A stretch of DNA of 64,000 bases from NCBI GenBank assembly GCA_963422375.2, contig OY729428.2, forward strand, positions 320,001 to 384,000, in the 5' to 3' direction. The notes under the pieces are model-generated. The model did no database searches. It was not told where the DNA came from and worked only from the letters and a program-made list of their open reading frames with translations. Source of the DNA: Bryobacterales bacterium. GTDB taxonomy: Bacteria; Acidobacteriota; Terriglobia; Bryobacterales; UBA6623. Of this stretch, positions 33,699 to 45,631 are shown piece after piece (positions within the stretch are counted from its first letter, which is position 1; every line of letters starts with the position of its first letter). Both the position numbers and the translations under genes were made by a program.

Positions 33699-35513
33699 CC
33701 CGCATTGTTCACGAATGCGGCGCAGGCTCATGAATCCAGTGTCTGGACCCTCGATGGCCGCCCAATCTGCTTCCGAAACGCCTGCGGGCGGGGAATGCGG
33801 GGCTTGCGGGGCGTCTCGCGAGCGGCCTGCGGGCCTCGGGCACCTCCTCGGCGGCACCCGCCCGGGGGGGCAGGCACGGTTTCCCCCGGCGGCGCCCGGC
33901 GCCTGCCGACACTCTCCGGATTGACCCGGCCCGGCGTCATATCGGCACGGCCCCCAAGCCCCGCGCCACCACCGCCCAGGCGTCCCGGAACGGTGCCGTC
34001 CGCGGCACTCGCAGCACGATCCGCTTGGCCGTGGCCGCGACCCGCGCCCCCGGCTTCGGCAGGCCGAGGCGCAACCCGTCCACCCGGCGCTTCCGCAGCG
34101 GCGTGTCCCGTGCCTGCCGGCGCAGTTCCTGCATGATCACGCAGGCCGCCGCCGCGAGCGGCGCGCGGAACCGGTTCGCCGCGAAGCTCGAGCAGCTGGC
34201 GCGGTCCATCCGCATCCCGTGCTCGAGCTCCTTGACGCGGTTCTCCACGTCTCCGCGCAGGCAGTGGATCCGCTCGCAGAGGCGCTGCGGGCTGCCGCCC
34301 GCGTCGGTCACCGCGTAGCGCGGGTTCCACTGCGGGGCGCGCCCGGGAAACTCGCTCGCGTCCGCCTTGACGATCACCCGCCGCGCCCGCGACCGGCGGC
34401 CCGCCCGGTAGGCGAACTGCCCGTGCAGCGGGCCCGGGTTCTTGCCCGCGTCCTCCGCGACCGGCCGGCCCCCCTGCGTGCCGGCTCCCGGCCGCGCGTA
34501 CTTCGCCCGCAACTGCTCCAGCCGGGACGGCGGGTCCCCCGCGGCCGCCGCTGCCCCGCCGGGGTCCGTGCCCGGGGTGCCGCCGGGCGCGCGCCGGGCC
34601 TCGACGGCCGCCCGCAACGGGGCCGCGCGCCGCTCCGGCACCGCGTTCCTCTGCATGCACGCCACGCACTCCACGTACTCCAGGCCCTCGCGCTCGCCAT
34701 AGGCCGGCAGCTCGTCCCCTTGGAAGCCCGCGTCCAAGCGCAGGCGCAGCGTCGCCCGCGGGAAGAATTCCCGCAGCAGCAGCAGCAAGCGCTCCAGCAG
34801 CGGCAGCAAGCCCTCCGCGGCCGCGGCCGTGCCCGAGCTGCCCAGCTCGACGATGCTCGTCTCGGGGCGCCGCTCGTGCCGGCGCCGCACGACGCAGCGG
34901 GCCGGTACCGCGGACAGCGCGCTCGGCGCGTCCGCGGTGACGGCGTTCTCGAAGCGCGACAGGGCGGGCCGGGACGGCAGGTCGCGGCCCTGCCAGGGGT
35001 CGCGCCCGAGCGGCAGCTTGAACACGGGGTCGCCGCCGAGGCGCCCGGCGTCGTTGCAGTCCTCCTAGCCGCAGGCGAGGCCGTAGACGCGCTGGCCGAG
35101 CATGTCGGCGAGGGAGTGGAGCACCTCGGAGGGCTGGCGCCGGTCGCGCAGGCAGCCGGCGAACGCCGCGGTGAGGCCGGGAGCGCGATCGGCGGCCTCG
35201 ACCGGGACAGCGCCGCCGTCGGAGCTGCTGCGCTCGTGATCGCAGCGGACGGCGACGGGGCGACGGCGCGGATTGCGCAACAGAACGCCTTGGGAGCCTG
35301 CGGCTGCGACCATGCATTCATTACAACCTACCGGATGAAAACCACTTCAGCGTATAAACTTGGATCTCAATCGGGCCGGGCCGGGGCTGCCGCCGGGGAT
35401 CGCAGGGCACTCCTAGGAGTGAGGGAGTGAGGATCGCGCTGGACCGGGGGCCCTCACGGCCCGGGCGGAGGGACCGGACTATGGCCCTCCGGGCTACTCA
35501 TGAATTATCCGGG
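33699..35513 (-). mobile_element. IS1380-family element, copy 1 (stop codon + internal deletion)
   Basis: Ends CCCGCATTGTTCACGAA / TCATGAATTATCCGGG, CTAG on both sides. SSDGGA, LSRFEN, RLDAGF, RGDVENRVKE motifs. Confidence 0.9.
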
Positions 35514-35597
35514 CTAGCGGTGATCGGCGAGGGCTGGAGCCGTTTGCTCCCAATTTCTGCGGCCGGTCCATCTGCGTGCAACAATCAAGCGAGGCTC

Positions 35598-35685
35598 GGG
35601 CCCGTAGCTCAGCTGGATAGAGCGGCCGCCTCCTAAGCGGCAGGTCGGGGGGGGGGGGGGGGGGCGAATCCCTCCGGGCTCACCA
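35598..35685 (+). tRNA. tRNA-Arg(CCT) with T-arm distorted by a G18 run
   Basis: GGGCCCG acceptor, TAGCTCAGCTGGATAGAGC D-arm, GCCGC-CTCCTAA-GCGGC anticodon arm, CGAATCCCTC, CGGGCTC-ACCA end. Confidence 0.85.
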
Positions 35686-35899
35686 AGGGTCCGACTTGGA
35701 GTGCTGGAAGCAGCGCCTTGATCAGGGGCGCGGCCTTAGTGGCTCGCACCCGTCCCACGATTCCGGCACAGTGGAACAGCCACTCGTCTTGAAAGCTTCG
35801 TACACATCTGTACGTTGCCGAGCACCATTTCTGGAGATTCTCGTCCATCCCCGCGGACACGACTTGCGTCGGCTTGGAGCGGGATTCTCACGCGCTGTC

Positions 35900-36280
35900 A
35901 AGGGCGGCTAGCGCCCAAGTGAGTTGGTCCGGCTTCCGGCGGCGCTGCGCATGCGCCCACGGTAGCGATGCAGCCAAGGTTGGAGTTGCTCTGCGCGTTG
36001 TGCCGAGGTGTCGCAGCGGGGGCGCAGGCCCATTCTCGCAGGGCGGTCTGGAGGCAGCGTGCGGCCTTGCCGTTGGTCCTTGGAGCGCAAGTCAATGACC
36101 TGCACGGCGAGTGCGGGGGGCAGCGCCCGGGGCGGACGCGCACTGCGGTCGCGCAACCTGGCGGGTCCCTCGGCTGGCTAGCGGGCGACCCACTAAGCGT
36201 TTGCCTCTGCCCGAGCACGCAGTTGACCATGTCGGCTCGACTTCGGGACGCCAACTCGGCCTGCTTGTGGATGTTCACGC
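35900..36280 (-). pseudogene. IS481-family transposase remnant
   Basis: N-terminal VNIHKQAEL..RSRADMV; C-terminal PRTNGKAARCLQTALREWA and LQPWLHRY. Confidence 0.65.
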
Positions 36281-36615
36281 GGCCCTTCTTCCAGGAAGCC
36301 GTTGGCCTAGCACCTTCAGTTTCCTCGGTCAGGGCCGAGTGAAGAACCTGTTGGCAGATCACAGCTAGCAACGACCCCCACTGCGGCGAATCGGCCCAGC
36401 TCTGAGCTAGATCAATCCCGGCCCATGGACAATGGATCGCTGCCTGCGCATCGTGGCGGGACACGGTGTCGTCGCTGGCCTCTGCCCGCCTCCACTACTA
36501 CATCAGCGACCCGCCAAGCAGCAGTTAGGCGGTAATCTGACATGCGGATAGCAGGCTATCCCGCGTACCTTTTGCTACAGGCGGTTCGCGAGAATGGACC
36601 GCAAGATCTCGGGAT

Positions 36616-37542
36616 CTATACGAGCTTGTCCTCAACGGCAAGTGCCCGGATAGCCGACGCCATGGCCCGCTCGTCGACGAGGGCGACCGATTCGACGTGG
36701 CGTTGGATGATCGGGAAAGCGTTGCTGCCCGGTGCGGGAACTGCCAGCGCGTCAGCGAGTGATGGCGAAGGCGTGCTGCGGACCGGCCTGCCAGCCTCCA
36801 AGGACAGCTTGGTAGCGGGATTCGCGGCCGCTTGCGCGCCGAAGATGCGCCATTCGGGCCGTGCGTGCTTGATCGCTAGAGCGGTTCCCGGGATCAATCC
36901 GCCACCGCTAATCGGCACGAACAGATCGCACGGCGCTTCGACCTGCCGCGAAACTTCGAGGCCGATGGTGCCGTCGGCGGCGATGGTTTCGACCGAGTTG
37001 AACGGATGCACGAGCAGGCGGCCCTCCTCGCGTTGGATGCGCTGGGTCGTCGCGAAGCGATCCTCGAAGCTGTCTGCGCAGAGCACGACGTTTCCTCCGA
37101 AGCGGGCGGTTCGGTCGCGCTTGAAGCGCGAAGCGCCACACATCATCACGATCTTGGCGTCGACTCCGAGGGTCGAGGCCGCGTAGGCCACGGCTTGGGC
37201 GAAGTTGCCGGAGGAGTTCGTGACGACGCCGGCCTCCTTGGCGTGGTCTAGGTGCGCCAGGATGCTGTTGAAGACAGGACGCACCTTGAAGGCCCCGACC
37301 GAGTGCATCGACTCGAGCTTGAGAAATACCTTCCGTCCCAGCACTGACGAGAGGTGCTGGGACTCCACGACCGGCGTCGGGTGCAAGTAGTTTTCCGATC
37401 GCTGGAACGCGAGGTCTATCTCAGCGCTCCAAGCCTTCAAATTCTCGGGACCAGGGCGCTCGCTTTCGATAGAGTGAACTGCGCCAAGATGTACGTCGTT
37501 CCTCCTGGATCGCACCTCAGGCTGTTCTGGCGGCGATTCCAT
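36616..37542 (-). pseudogene. PLP-dependent threonine/serine dehydratase, apparently C-terminally truncated
   Basis: FLKLESMHSVGAFKVR, SSGNFAQ, GTIGLE, PISGGGL. Ends at EDKLV* before the usual EPxxA and SGGN segments. Confidence 0.7.
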
Positions 37543-37735
37543 GGAGTTGCGCGAACCGCTATGTGGTCGGACCTGCCGGGCGGTTCTTTCGAGAGTATCA
37601 GCCGATTGCCTGCTGGCACGTGCAGCAAACCCGCAAGCGTGTCGGAATCCGCCAGATCGCCGACGCGGAGGCGGGATGAGATCGCTACGGTTGCTACACT
37701 ATACTCTCCTGCCCCTCTCGGTGGGAAATCTTGCC

Positions 37736-40700
37736 GTGAGTAACTTTTCCGATTTGCGCGTTTTTTTGCTTGGTCGACGGTTGAGCCTTGGCTTGGCCTG
37801 CACCGGGGTGATTCTCGGCCAAACCAACACAGGCACGATTCGGGGCTTTGTGTACGACCAGACGATGGCCGTGGTCCAAGACGCGACCGTGACGGCTGTT
37901 GACGAAGAGCGCGGCGTTACCCGCAGTGTCTCGACGTCGGCGAGCGGAGAGTATGTCCTCGGCTACTTGGTGCCCAGTGTCTATACGCTGAACTTCGAAG
38001 CTGAAGACTTCGCTCCGTTCATTGTCGAGGGATTCGAGGTGCTTGTGGGGGAGACGGCCACCTTGTCCCCGCAGATGACGCTTGCGGCCGCCGAGTCCCG
38101 GGTCGTCGTGGCGGCCATCGACGCGCGCCCGGCGATCGAGCCCCACCGCGTCCAGCAGTCCGATCATATCGATGCGGTCGAGATCCAGAATCTTCCCATC
38201 AACCGTCGCGATTATCTCGACCTAGCGCTACTGACGCCGGGAGTGGTCGACACCAATTACGTTGCGGAGGCCACGGATCGGCGTGTCGCCCCGACCCCGC
38301 AGTCAGGCTTGGGCATCGGGGGCACGAACGGGCGCGGCAACACGTTCATGATCGACGGACTGGACAACACCTACAATTCCGGAGCCGTCCGTTCTGCGAT
38401 CAGCCAGGAGACCGTTCAGGCGTTCCAAGTCAACCGGAACTCCTTTTCGCCGGAGCAAGGTGGCGCTCCCGGCGGCGCGGTGAACATCGTGACGAAGGGC
38501 GGCTCGAATGAAATCCATGGCAGCCTGTTCGGCGTAGTGCGGAACCGCGGGTTCCAAGCGCGGGGGTACTTTGCGCCGCCCAAGGCACCCTACACGCGCG
38601 TCCAGAGCGGTTTCGGATTCGGAGGCCCGATCCAGAAGAACAAGACGTTTTACTACGGATCGTACGAGCGCTTGGACCGGCATGAGTCCCAGATCGTGCC
38701 GCTGCTTTCCGACCGGTCGTTCCTCGACTCAATGACTCCTTCGCAACAAGCTCTGGCGGATGTGCTGGTCTCGGCTGGTTCTGCGGCGGTCCAACCGCTT
38801 GTCCAGCAGCTGAAGGACGCCCTGACTCCGGGAAACTACCCGCATATCGTTCAGATGTACGAGGACAACAGCGGGATTTTTCCATTCGGCGAGCAGCGTC
38901 AGCAAGGATTGGCTCGATTCGACCATACGCTTCAGGACGGCTATAGCCTGTTCTTCCGGCTCAATACCACCGTCCAAGATGCCGAGAATACGGATTTCGG
39001 ATCCTTGGTCGCGCGTAGTGCAGGCCGCAGCGATGAAGTGAGGGACTACGGCTTCGCGTTCGGCGACACGCTGGTGATCAACAACCAATGGGTTAGCGAA
39101 ACACGGGTCGGTCTCGCCTATCACGAGTTCGGAGTCTACCCCACAGACGCGATCGGTCCGGCGATTGAGATCGCCGGCTTTGGCAGCTTCGGCAGGGATC
39201 TTATTCTGCCGACCCGCGTCGTCGAGCGCGCTTTTCAGGTTCGTCAGAACTTCGTGCGTGTCTCGGGCCGCCAGACACTCAAGTTCGGTGTCGACATCAA
39301 TCCGGTTCGCGACTGGGTTCGGTCGGAGACGTTTTTCGGCGGACGCTTCATATTCGGCGAGGCCGTGCCGCTGTCGATATTCATCGACCAAGCCGCTGGG
39401 GCGGCCGGGATCCCGAATGCATCGGTGCTGGTCAAGGGTTTACTGGCTGCTACCGGCAACGCTGGCCTGGCCCCGAACGTGGACCTGCCCATCACCGCCT
39501 TGCAAGCGTTCGGATTGGGCCTGCCGACGGTTTACCAGCAAGGCTTCGGCAATCCGTATTGGACCGGCTGGGCGAATCGCACGAACTTCTACGTGGAGGA
39601 CGCGATCCGCGTCAATTCCAATCTCATGCTCACGCTGGGCTTGCGCCACGAGCTGGAGTTGAAGACGCGCTTCCCCCGCGATTACAACAACATCGCTCCG
39701 CGCGCGGCGTTCGCGTGGAGCCCGAATCCGAAGACGGTGATTCGAGGCGGTTACGGCTTTTTCTACTCGCGCATCGACGGTCAGACCACTTACGTGAACG
39801 ACCTGCTCGGAGACAAGCAGCAGATCTACCAAGTGTTCATCCCGCTGACGGGCGTCGGAGGCATCACCAGCGCGCTCACCGGGCAGCCGCTGACATCTGC
39901 CGAGATCTACCAAACGTTACAGAGCCGCGGCATTCTTGGAAGTCGTAGCATCGTCCCCGAGGATCTCGCAATCCATGGGATCGATCCAAGCGCCGGATAT
40001 CCTCTGCGCGTGGGGTTCCGGGTGGTGGATGACATGGTGAACCCCTATTCGCAGCAGGGCAGCTTCGAGATCCAACGCGAGGTCGGCGGCTACGCGCTGT
40101 CCGCCGCGTACAACTTCAATCGCGGAGTTCATTTGATCCGGCCCTTGGACCTGAACATTTTCCAAGCCGGGACGAACGAAGAGACGGGGCGGCCGATAGT
40201 GGGATTTCACGACCCGCTGATCCTGCAGGACAATGCCTACGGAAGCTGGGGCCGATCCTACTACCACGCCATGCTCCTGCAGCTCAAGAAGCGCTTCTCG
40301 AATGGGTTCTCCGTTTCCATGCACCATACGTGGAGCAAGAGCATCGACGAGAATACGGACTACAATTCGTCGTTCGAGCCACACTTGCAGTGGAATGCCA
40401 AGGACGAGCTAGCGCTATCGCACTTCCACAGGGGTCACCGATTCGTGGCACAGGCAGTAGCCCAGTCTCCGTGGAAGGCCGGGAGCGGACGCGGGTTCGC
40501 CCATAACCTGCTGTCTGATTTCACGCTGTCCGGGATTGTCCTTGCCCGCTCGTTCGCGCCATTCAACTTGGACGCAGGCTTCGACAACGTGGGCGACCGG
40601 CACACTGACACGCACCGGCCGTGGGGCATCGGGCGCAACGTCGGACGCGGCCCGACCTTCTTTGGTATGGATGTCCGCCTAACGCGCACATTCACCTTAT

Positions 40701-40912
40701 CCGAGACTACGAAGCTTCAGGTAATCGCGGAAGGCTTCAACATCCTGAACCGGACCAACTTCAAGGCCGTCAACGGAGCCGTGGGCGGGATGACTCGGGA
40801 ACAGATCCCGGACAAGCCGACCGGGCGCCGCGGGCCGGTGACCGAGCCGTTCTCGTTCACCTCTACTTTCGATCCGCGCCAGTTGCAGTTCACACTGCGG
40901 CTGAGTTTCTGA
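37736..40912 (+). CDS. TonB-dependent receptor (Oar-like); start approximate
   Basis: GTIRGFVYD, LPINRRDYLDLALLTPG, NIVTKGGSN, NIAPR, C-terminal PRQLQFTLRLSF. Confidence 0.92.
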   Translation: MSNFSDLRVFLLGRRLSLGLACTGVILGQTNTGTIRGFVYDQTMAVVQDATVTAVDEERGVTRSVSTSASGEYVLGYLVPSVYTLNFEAEDFAPFIVEGFEVLVGETATLSPQMTLAAAESRVVVAAIDARPAIEPHRVQQSDHIDAVEIQNLPINRRDYLDLALLTPGVVDTNYVAEATDRRVAPTPQSGLGIGGTNGRGNTFMIDGLDNTYNSGAVRSAISQETVQAFQVNRNSFSPEQGGAPGGAVNIVTKGGSNEIHGSLFGVVRNRGFQARGYFAPPKAPYTRVQSGFGFGGPIQKNKTFYYGSYERLDRHESQIVPLLSDRSFLDSMTPSQQALADVLVSAGSAAVQPLVQQLKDALTPGNYPHIVQMYEDNSGIFPFGEQRQQGLARFDHTLQDGYSLFFRLNTTVQDAENTDFGSLVARSAGRSDEVRDYGFAFGDTLVINNQWVSETRVGLAYHEFGVYPTDAIGPAIEIAGFGSFGRDLILPTRVVERAFQVRQNFVRVSGRQTLKFGVDINPVRDWVRSETFFGGRFIFGEAVPLSIFIDQAAGAAGIPNASVLVKGLLAATGNAGLAPNVDLPITALQAFGLGLPTVYQQGFGNPYWTGWANRTNFYVEDAIRVNSNLMLTLGLRHELELKTRFPRDYNNIAPRAAFAWSPNPKTVIRGGYGFFYSRIDGQTTYVNDLLGDKQQIYQVFIPLTGVGGITSALTGQPLTSAEIYQTLQSRGILGSRSIVPEDLAIHGIDPSAGYPLRVGFRVVDDMVNPYSQQGSFEIQREVGGYALSAAYNFNRGVHLIRPLDLNIFQAGTNEETGRPIVGFHDPLILQDNAYGSWGRSYYHAMLLQLKKRFSNGFSVSMHHTWSKSIDENTDYNSSFEPHLQWNAKDELALSHFHRGHRFVAQAVAQSPWKAGSGRGFAHNLLSDFTLSGIVLARSFAPFNLDAGFDNVGDRHTDTHRPWGIGRNVGRGPTFFGMDVRLTRTFTLSETTKLQVIAEGFNILNRTNFKAVNGAVGGMTREQIPDKPTGRRGPVTEPFSFTSTFDPRQLQFTLRLSF

Positions 40913-41074
40913 GCGCTGCGACATCACCCTGCCTGTCGGCACGAGGCATCCGAGGACGCCGGATGAAATTGCTCGATCGCCACGCCACAGCTTGTACCGG
41001 CAAGGTGCACAGCGGGTTCGGCAGTGCCAAGAGACAGTCCGAGTACGCGTGACGTAGCGGGCCAGCACAGGGTG

Positions 41075-42498
41075 GATGTCGAGGTCCGATGCCAAATGCG
41101 TGAGGAACAAAATCAGTTGGGCGCTTTCCCGTACCGCGGTGCGCAGGATGGAGCGCTTGACGAAACCGCCCGTCATGCCGAGTGGCGTGTCGATCACATT
41201 CGGCGCTTCGACCTCGCTGACCTTCGTCAGCGCGCGAATGAATGCGAGCGTCAGTACGCGGCGTGACGCCCCGTTCAGGTCGCGGTCCGGATTGAGCGTC
41301 CGGTCGTTTGGTCCGTAAACGATGATGTCGAACTCCCGGCTGATTTCTGCGCGGCGGATGATCGCCCCCTGTTCGGGGTCTGCGCCGATCATTTCGAGGA
41401 ATATTGTGTTCATCAGCTCGCTGACTTTCTGCAATTCCTCGTTTGTGATCCGCTCATAAGCGCTTTGCAGTACTTTCGTCACGTCCTGTGTGACTTCCAG
41501 CTCGGCCAGAATGCGAGCCCCCTTCTTCTGTTCGCGCAGCAGGCGGTCACGCTCGGCTTCCAGTTCCTCGCGCTCGCGCCGAAGCCCGGTGAGCTGGGTT
41601 TCGAGCGCCGACTGTTTCGACAGGTAGCGGTCGCGTTGTTTTTTGTATTGGCGGCGCGTCTCACGCAGGCCCTGGATATCCGTGTCAGGGAGCGAGTCGA
41701 GTTGCTTTTCCAGAGCCCGGAATTTCCGGCCCGCCTCCTCGCGCAGGGCCTGAATCCCGTCGCGACGTTCGAAAACCCTCCTGTAACCCTCCAGCCACGC
41801 GCTCGGCACAGCGTCGCCTCCGCCCTGTAATGGCTTTGCACCGTAGTACAGGTCAGTGATGATCTCCTGGATTTCATCGGCGCGCTGGCTGTCGTCGATT
41901 AGTTTCTGGATATGCACGCGGCGCTTGTCGCCCTCGGCGTCGGTCGCGATCGATCGACTGCGGAACAGTGCCGAGTGCTCCTTGTTCGCCGCGGCAAGCT
42001 GGCTGGCGAGTTGTTTGATCTCGCGCTTGGCGCGATCAAGGTCCTTGCGCAGCTTTTCCTTGTCGCCTTTCTGGAGGGCCGCGGCGATCTTGCGGTCAAT
42101 CTCATCGACTCTTTCGTCGAAGGCGCCGAATTGCTGCTTAGTGTCCTCCAGATCGGCGTCAAATTCCTCCCGGTCCTCTTCCATCGCTTCGAGGCGCGAG
42201 GCGGCCCTGTACAACTCGCTGCCGGTGCCGACCTGCTTCGCCTTCTTGTTCACTTCCGCCGCCGATTTGCGCACATGCTTGATCGCGTTGTCGATGACAC
42301 CGAGCCCTAGAAGCGAGCGAATGGCGCGCTGCACCCGCTCGCGCTTCGTGGACAGGGCGACATCCGCTTCGATGAAGCTCAGCGCTCTGTCGCCATCGGT
42401 AAAGAAGACCTCCCGCAGTGCCGGCGGCAGCTCGTCGCTGATCAGCGCCTCCGGCGCGCCGATCGGGCTTGCTCCGCTGTCGTTCAGCGTAAACAGCT
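41075..42498 (-). pseudogene. SMC/DndD-like ABC ATPase; N-terminus deleted, C-terminus truncated
   Basis: FFTDGDR, long coiled coil, signature LNGASRRVLTLAF, Walker B VIDTPLG, QLILFLTH. No Walker A. Confidence 0.75.
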
Positions 42499-44927
42499 TT
42501 GAAGCCGAACAACGCCTCCGTGCCTTCCTGGTCATACTGGCGTATCGGCGTGGCCGACAGCCCGAGGCGATACTCGAAGAACTCCGGTGGATCGTTTGTG
42601 AACGACGGACGGCCAAGGTTGTGCGCTTCATCCGCGATCAGTAATCGCGCGCAATCGAATGTCTCGACGGTGGCGAGGAATTCCGGGGTACACAACGTAT
42701 CGTGGCTGACAACAACTGCCTCGACATCCGACAAGCCGGTACGCAGACGCCGTTTCAGCTTTTGCAGCTCGCTCGCGCGTCTTGCCGCACCGCCCGCCGT
42801 CGTGAGGTTAGCCGGCGTTAACCCGAATGGTGCGATTTCATCGCACCACTGTTCGATCAACGGCACATAGGGCGCGGCAACAATTATCAGCAGTGGCTTG
42901 TGTCCTTCATGGAGACGGTGTGCCCCGATCATCGAGGTGATCGTCTTCCCGGAACCGGTCGCCATTTCCAGCACACCTCGAAACCCGACAGCGCACCATG
43001 CGGCGACGGCCTTGCCCTGGTGTTCGAACGGACCGTCTTCGTATTGCAGCCAGTTCGGTGTTGCGAATCCCGTGCGCGGGACGCAAGCCGGTTGGAAAGG
43101 CTTCGGTTCTTCGGAAGAACCGGTTGCGCGCTCGCACAGCGCCCGAAGCTCGTCTTCGGTCGGCGGCGATGCGGAACTGTAGGTTCGTAGTAGGCGATGG
43201 CGGACCGCTTCGGGCAACCCGATAACCAGACAGTTGTTGTCCTTGTTCTCCCACAGCCTCCCGAACTCGTAGCAAAGCTTGTCCGTGATGTAGCGCTGGT
43301 TCGGGTCCTGCCACGACCGCGATATCGCGATCTGTTCGATGTTCTTCCGGATGCCTGCGTAGGTCACGTTGCTCGACCCGTGCGTGGCGACGACTTCGCC
43401 TCCCTTCTCGAACAGCCAGACCTTAGGATGAAATAGCGCATCTTTCATCAGAACGATCCTGATTTCGATTCTGCCCTCGCGGAGCAGCCAAGACAGGCAT
43501 TTCAGCGTGTGCCGCTGGAGCAGGTCTTCAGTGACGGTCAACTCTTCCAGAAGCCTGTTCGCGACCTCTTCCGGCGACTTCAACCCGTCCTCTATGGCGG
43601 CTTGGTCTTCGGCGCGAAGCAGGGGACTGACGATCAACCGTAAACTGTTTCCTGATTACCAACGAACGTCAGCCGAGGATATGCTATACTGGAAGAGGTC
43701 GGAAACCTCTGACAGGAAAGGGGATAGCAGATGAAACGCAATCGCGTGCAATTCCAGAAGGGACTCAGCCTGGGCAAGTTCCTGCAGCGCTACGGCAGCG
43801 AGGGGCCATGCGAGCAGGCCGTCTTCAAGGCCCGCTGGCCGGACGGCTTCCGCTGCCCGGAGTGCGGCTCCCGCCGGCACTGCCGCATCCGCTCCCGCAA
43901 GCTCTGGCAGTGCCATGCCTGCCACCGCCGGACCTCCCTCGTCGCCGGCACGATCTTCGCCGCCACCCAGCTGCCGCTGACCGTCCGGTGCCTGGCGCTC
44001 CACCTGCTGACGCAGGGCCAGCACGGCGTTGCGTCGCTGGAACTGGCGCGGCAGCCGGGGGTCAGCCGGAACACGGCCTGGAAGATGAAGCACAAGCTCT
44101 TGCAAGTGATGAAGGAGCGCGACGAGCGCGTGCCGCCGGGCGGCATCGTGCAGGTGGACGACGCCTACCGGGGCGGGGAGCGGAGCGGCGGCAAGCGCGG
44201 TCGCGGCGCGGCGGGCAAGACGCCGTTCGTCGCCGCCGTGCAGGTCACCGCCGCCGGCCAGCCGGCAAGGATGCGCCTGAGCAGCGGGGCGGGCTTGCGC
44301 AAGAAGACGCTGGCAGCGTGGGCCGGGCGGCACCTGCAGCCCGGCACGGAGGTGCATTCCGACGGCCCGGCCTGCTTCCGGGGCGTGGCCGGCGCCGGCT
44401 GCGAGCACGTGCCGACCGTCACCGGAGGCGGGCAGCGGAGCTGCGCGGATTCCCGCTTCGTCCGGGTCAACACGATGCTGGGGAACGTCAAGCAGTCCCT
44501 GGCGGGAACCTGCCATGCGTTCGACGGCAAGCACCTGCCGCGCTACCTCGCCGAGTTCCGCTACCGCTTCAACCGCCGCTACGATCTCGAGGCGCTGGTC
44601 CCCCGCCTGCTCCACGCCTCCGTGCGCACCCCGCCCATGCCGCACCGCCTCCTAACCTTGGCTGAGTCTTGTGGGTAATCAGGAACTGTTTTGCGAACCG
44701 GCGATGTAGCTGGCGAGGCCGGGCGCGAGCGCGACCAGCACCTCGCTTGAGAAGAACCCGACCATGCAATCGACCTTGCCGGCCACGCGGAACCCCGGAA
44801 TAAGCACTTCTTCTGCCAGCGGGTCCGCCGGCAGCATGTAGAGGGGCCTGACTCCGTCCAGTGACCGCAAGGCCCGTCCCGTCCTTGCGGTCACTGGGTC
44901 GTCCTGCGCCGCCGGGTCCTGCGCCAT
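42499..44927 (-). pseudogene. PLD-nuclease / SF2 helicase, IS-interrupted, C-terminus deleted
   Basis: VGFFSS, FHPKVWLF...HGSSNVT (HxK), MATGSGKT, IADEAH, LGLSATP. Confidence 0.8.
43651..44683 (+). mobile_element. IS1595-family element B, full-length copy (transposase 43731-44678)
   Basis: CCTGATTACC ends, TSD AACTGTTT, CPECG, QVDDAY, HSDG, VNTMLGNVK, YLAEF.YRFNRR. Confidence 0.95.
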
Positions 44928-44954
44928 GCGTAGCTGCCTGCGTCGGGTCGGTGT

Positions 44955-45260
44955 TCATCCTGTCGCGTGCCGGACGCTGCCCGCATCCAGTGTTGGCAGC
45001 CGGGCGATCGCCTGGCCACTCTTTCGCTCGGCGAGCCGCAGTTCGTAGAGCTTCTGGAGGTTGAGCCAGAACTCCCCCGAAGTGCCAAAGAAGCGCCCCA
45101 ACCGCAAGGCCGTGTCGCCGGTGATCGAGCGTCGACCGTTGAGTATCTCGGTAATGCGGTTCACCGGCACCTCGATGCGCCGCGCGAGCTCTGCGGCGCT
45201 CATGCCGAGCGCGTCAAGATCGTCGCGCAGGGTCTCGCCCGGATGGATAGGTTCGCGCAT
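44955..45260 (-). CDS. higA: HigA antitoxin (XRE HTH)
   Basis: PIHPGETL, RITEILNGRRSITGDTALRLGRFFGTSGEFWLNLQ. Confidence 0.93.
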   Translation of the reverse strand: MREPIHPGETLRDDLDALGMSAAELARRIEVPVNRITEILNGRRSITGDTALRLGRFFGTSGEFWLNLQKLYELRLAERKSGQAIARLPTLDAGSVRHATG

Positions 45261-45277
45261 GACTTGCCTCCTCGAAA

Positions 45278-45559
45278 TTAGTGGTAGTCCACGATTTCCA
45301 CTTCGGTCGGGCCCGGACTTCCGTCCGGCCACCTGAAGCAGATTCTCCATTGGTCGTTGATACGGATGCTCCACTGTCCCTTGCGCCGGCCCCTGAGCGC
45401 CTCCAGACGATTGCCGGGCCGCGCCAGGTCGCCTAGCCCCGTGGCCGCGTCGAGCTGGTCGAGCTTGCGCGAGGCGATCCGGGCGAACCCCGAGAATGCC
45501 GCGATCCGGCGACCCTCGTAGAACGCTTCGGTCTTCTTGTCCGAGAAGCCGACGATCAC
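45278..45559 (-). CDS. higB: HigB toxin (RelE/ParE family)
   Basis: RKLDQLDAA, PGNRLEALRG.RKGQWSIRINDQWRICFRW, EIVDYH. Confidence 0.93.
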   Translation of the reverse strand: MIVGFSDKKTEAFYEGRRIAAFSGFARIASRKLDQLDAATGLGDLARPGNRLEALRGRRKGQWSIRINDQWRICFRWPDGSPGPTEVEIVDYH

Positions 45560-45616
45560 AACGCTTTCCGTTCCCGGAGCAACCGCATCGGCTTCACACT
45601 AGCGCAAGTATCCACC

Positions 45617-45631
45617 TTACGTCAAGCGTAA
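45617..45631. promoter_or_regulatory. putative HigA operator palindrome
   Basis: TTACG-N5-CGTAA ~60 bp upstream of higB. Confidence 0.5.

Noticed and set aside
35485..35682. CCCTCCGGGCT shared by the IS1380 end and the tRNA 3' end (att-like)
   Set aside because: Only 11 bp, it recurs elsewhere in this GC-rich window (e.g. ~60073), and there is no integrase.
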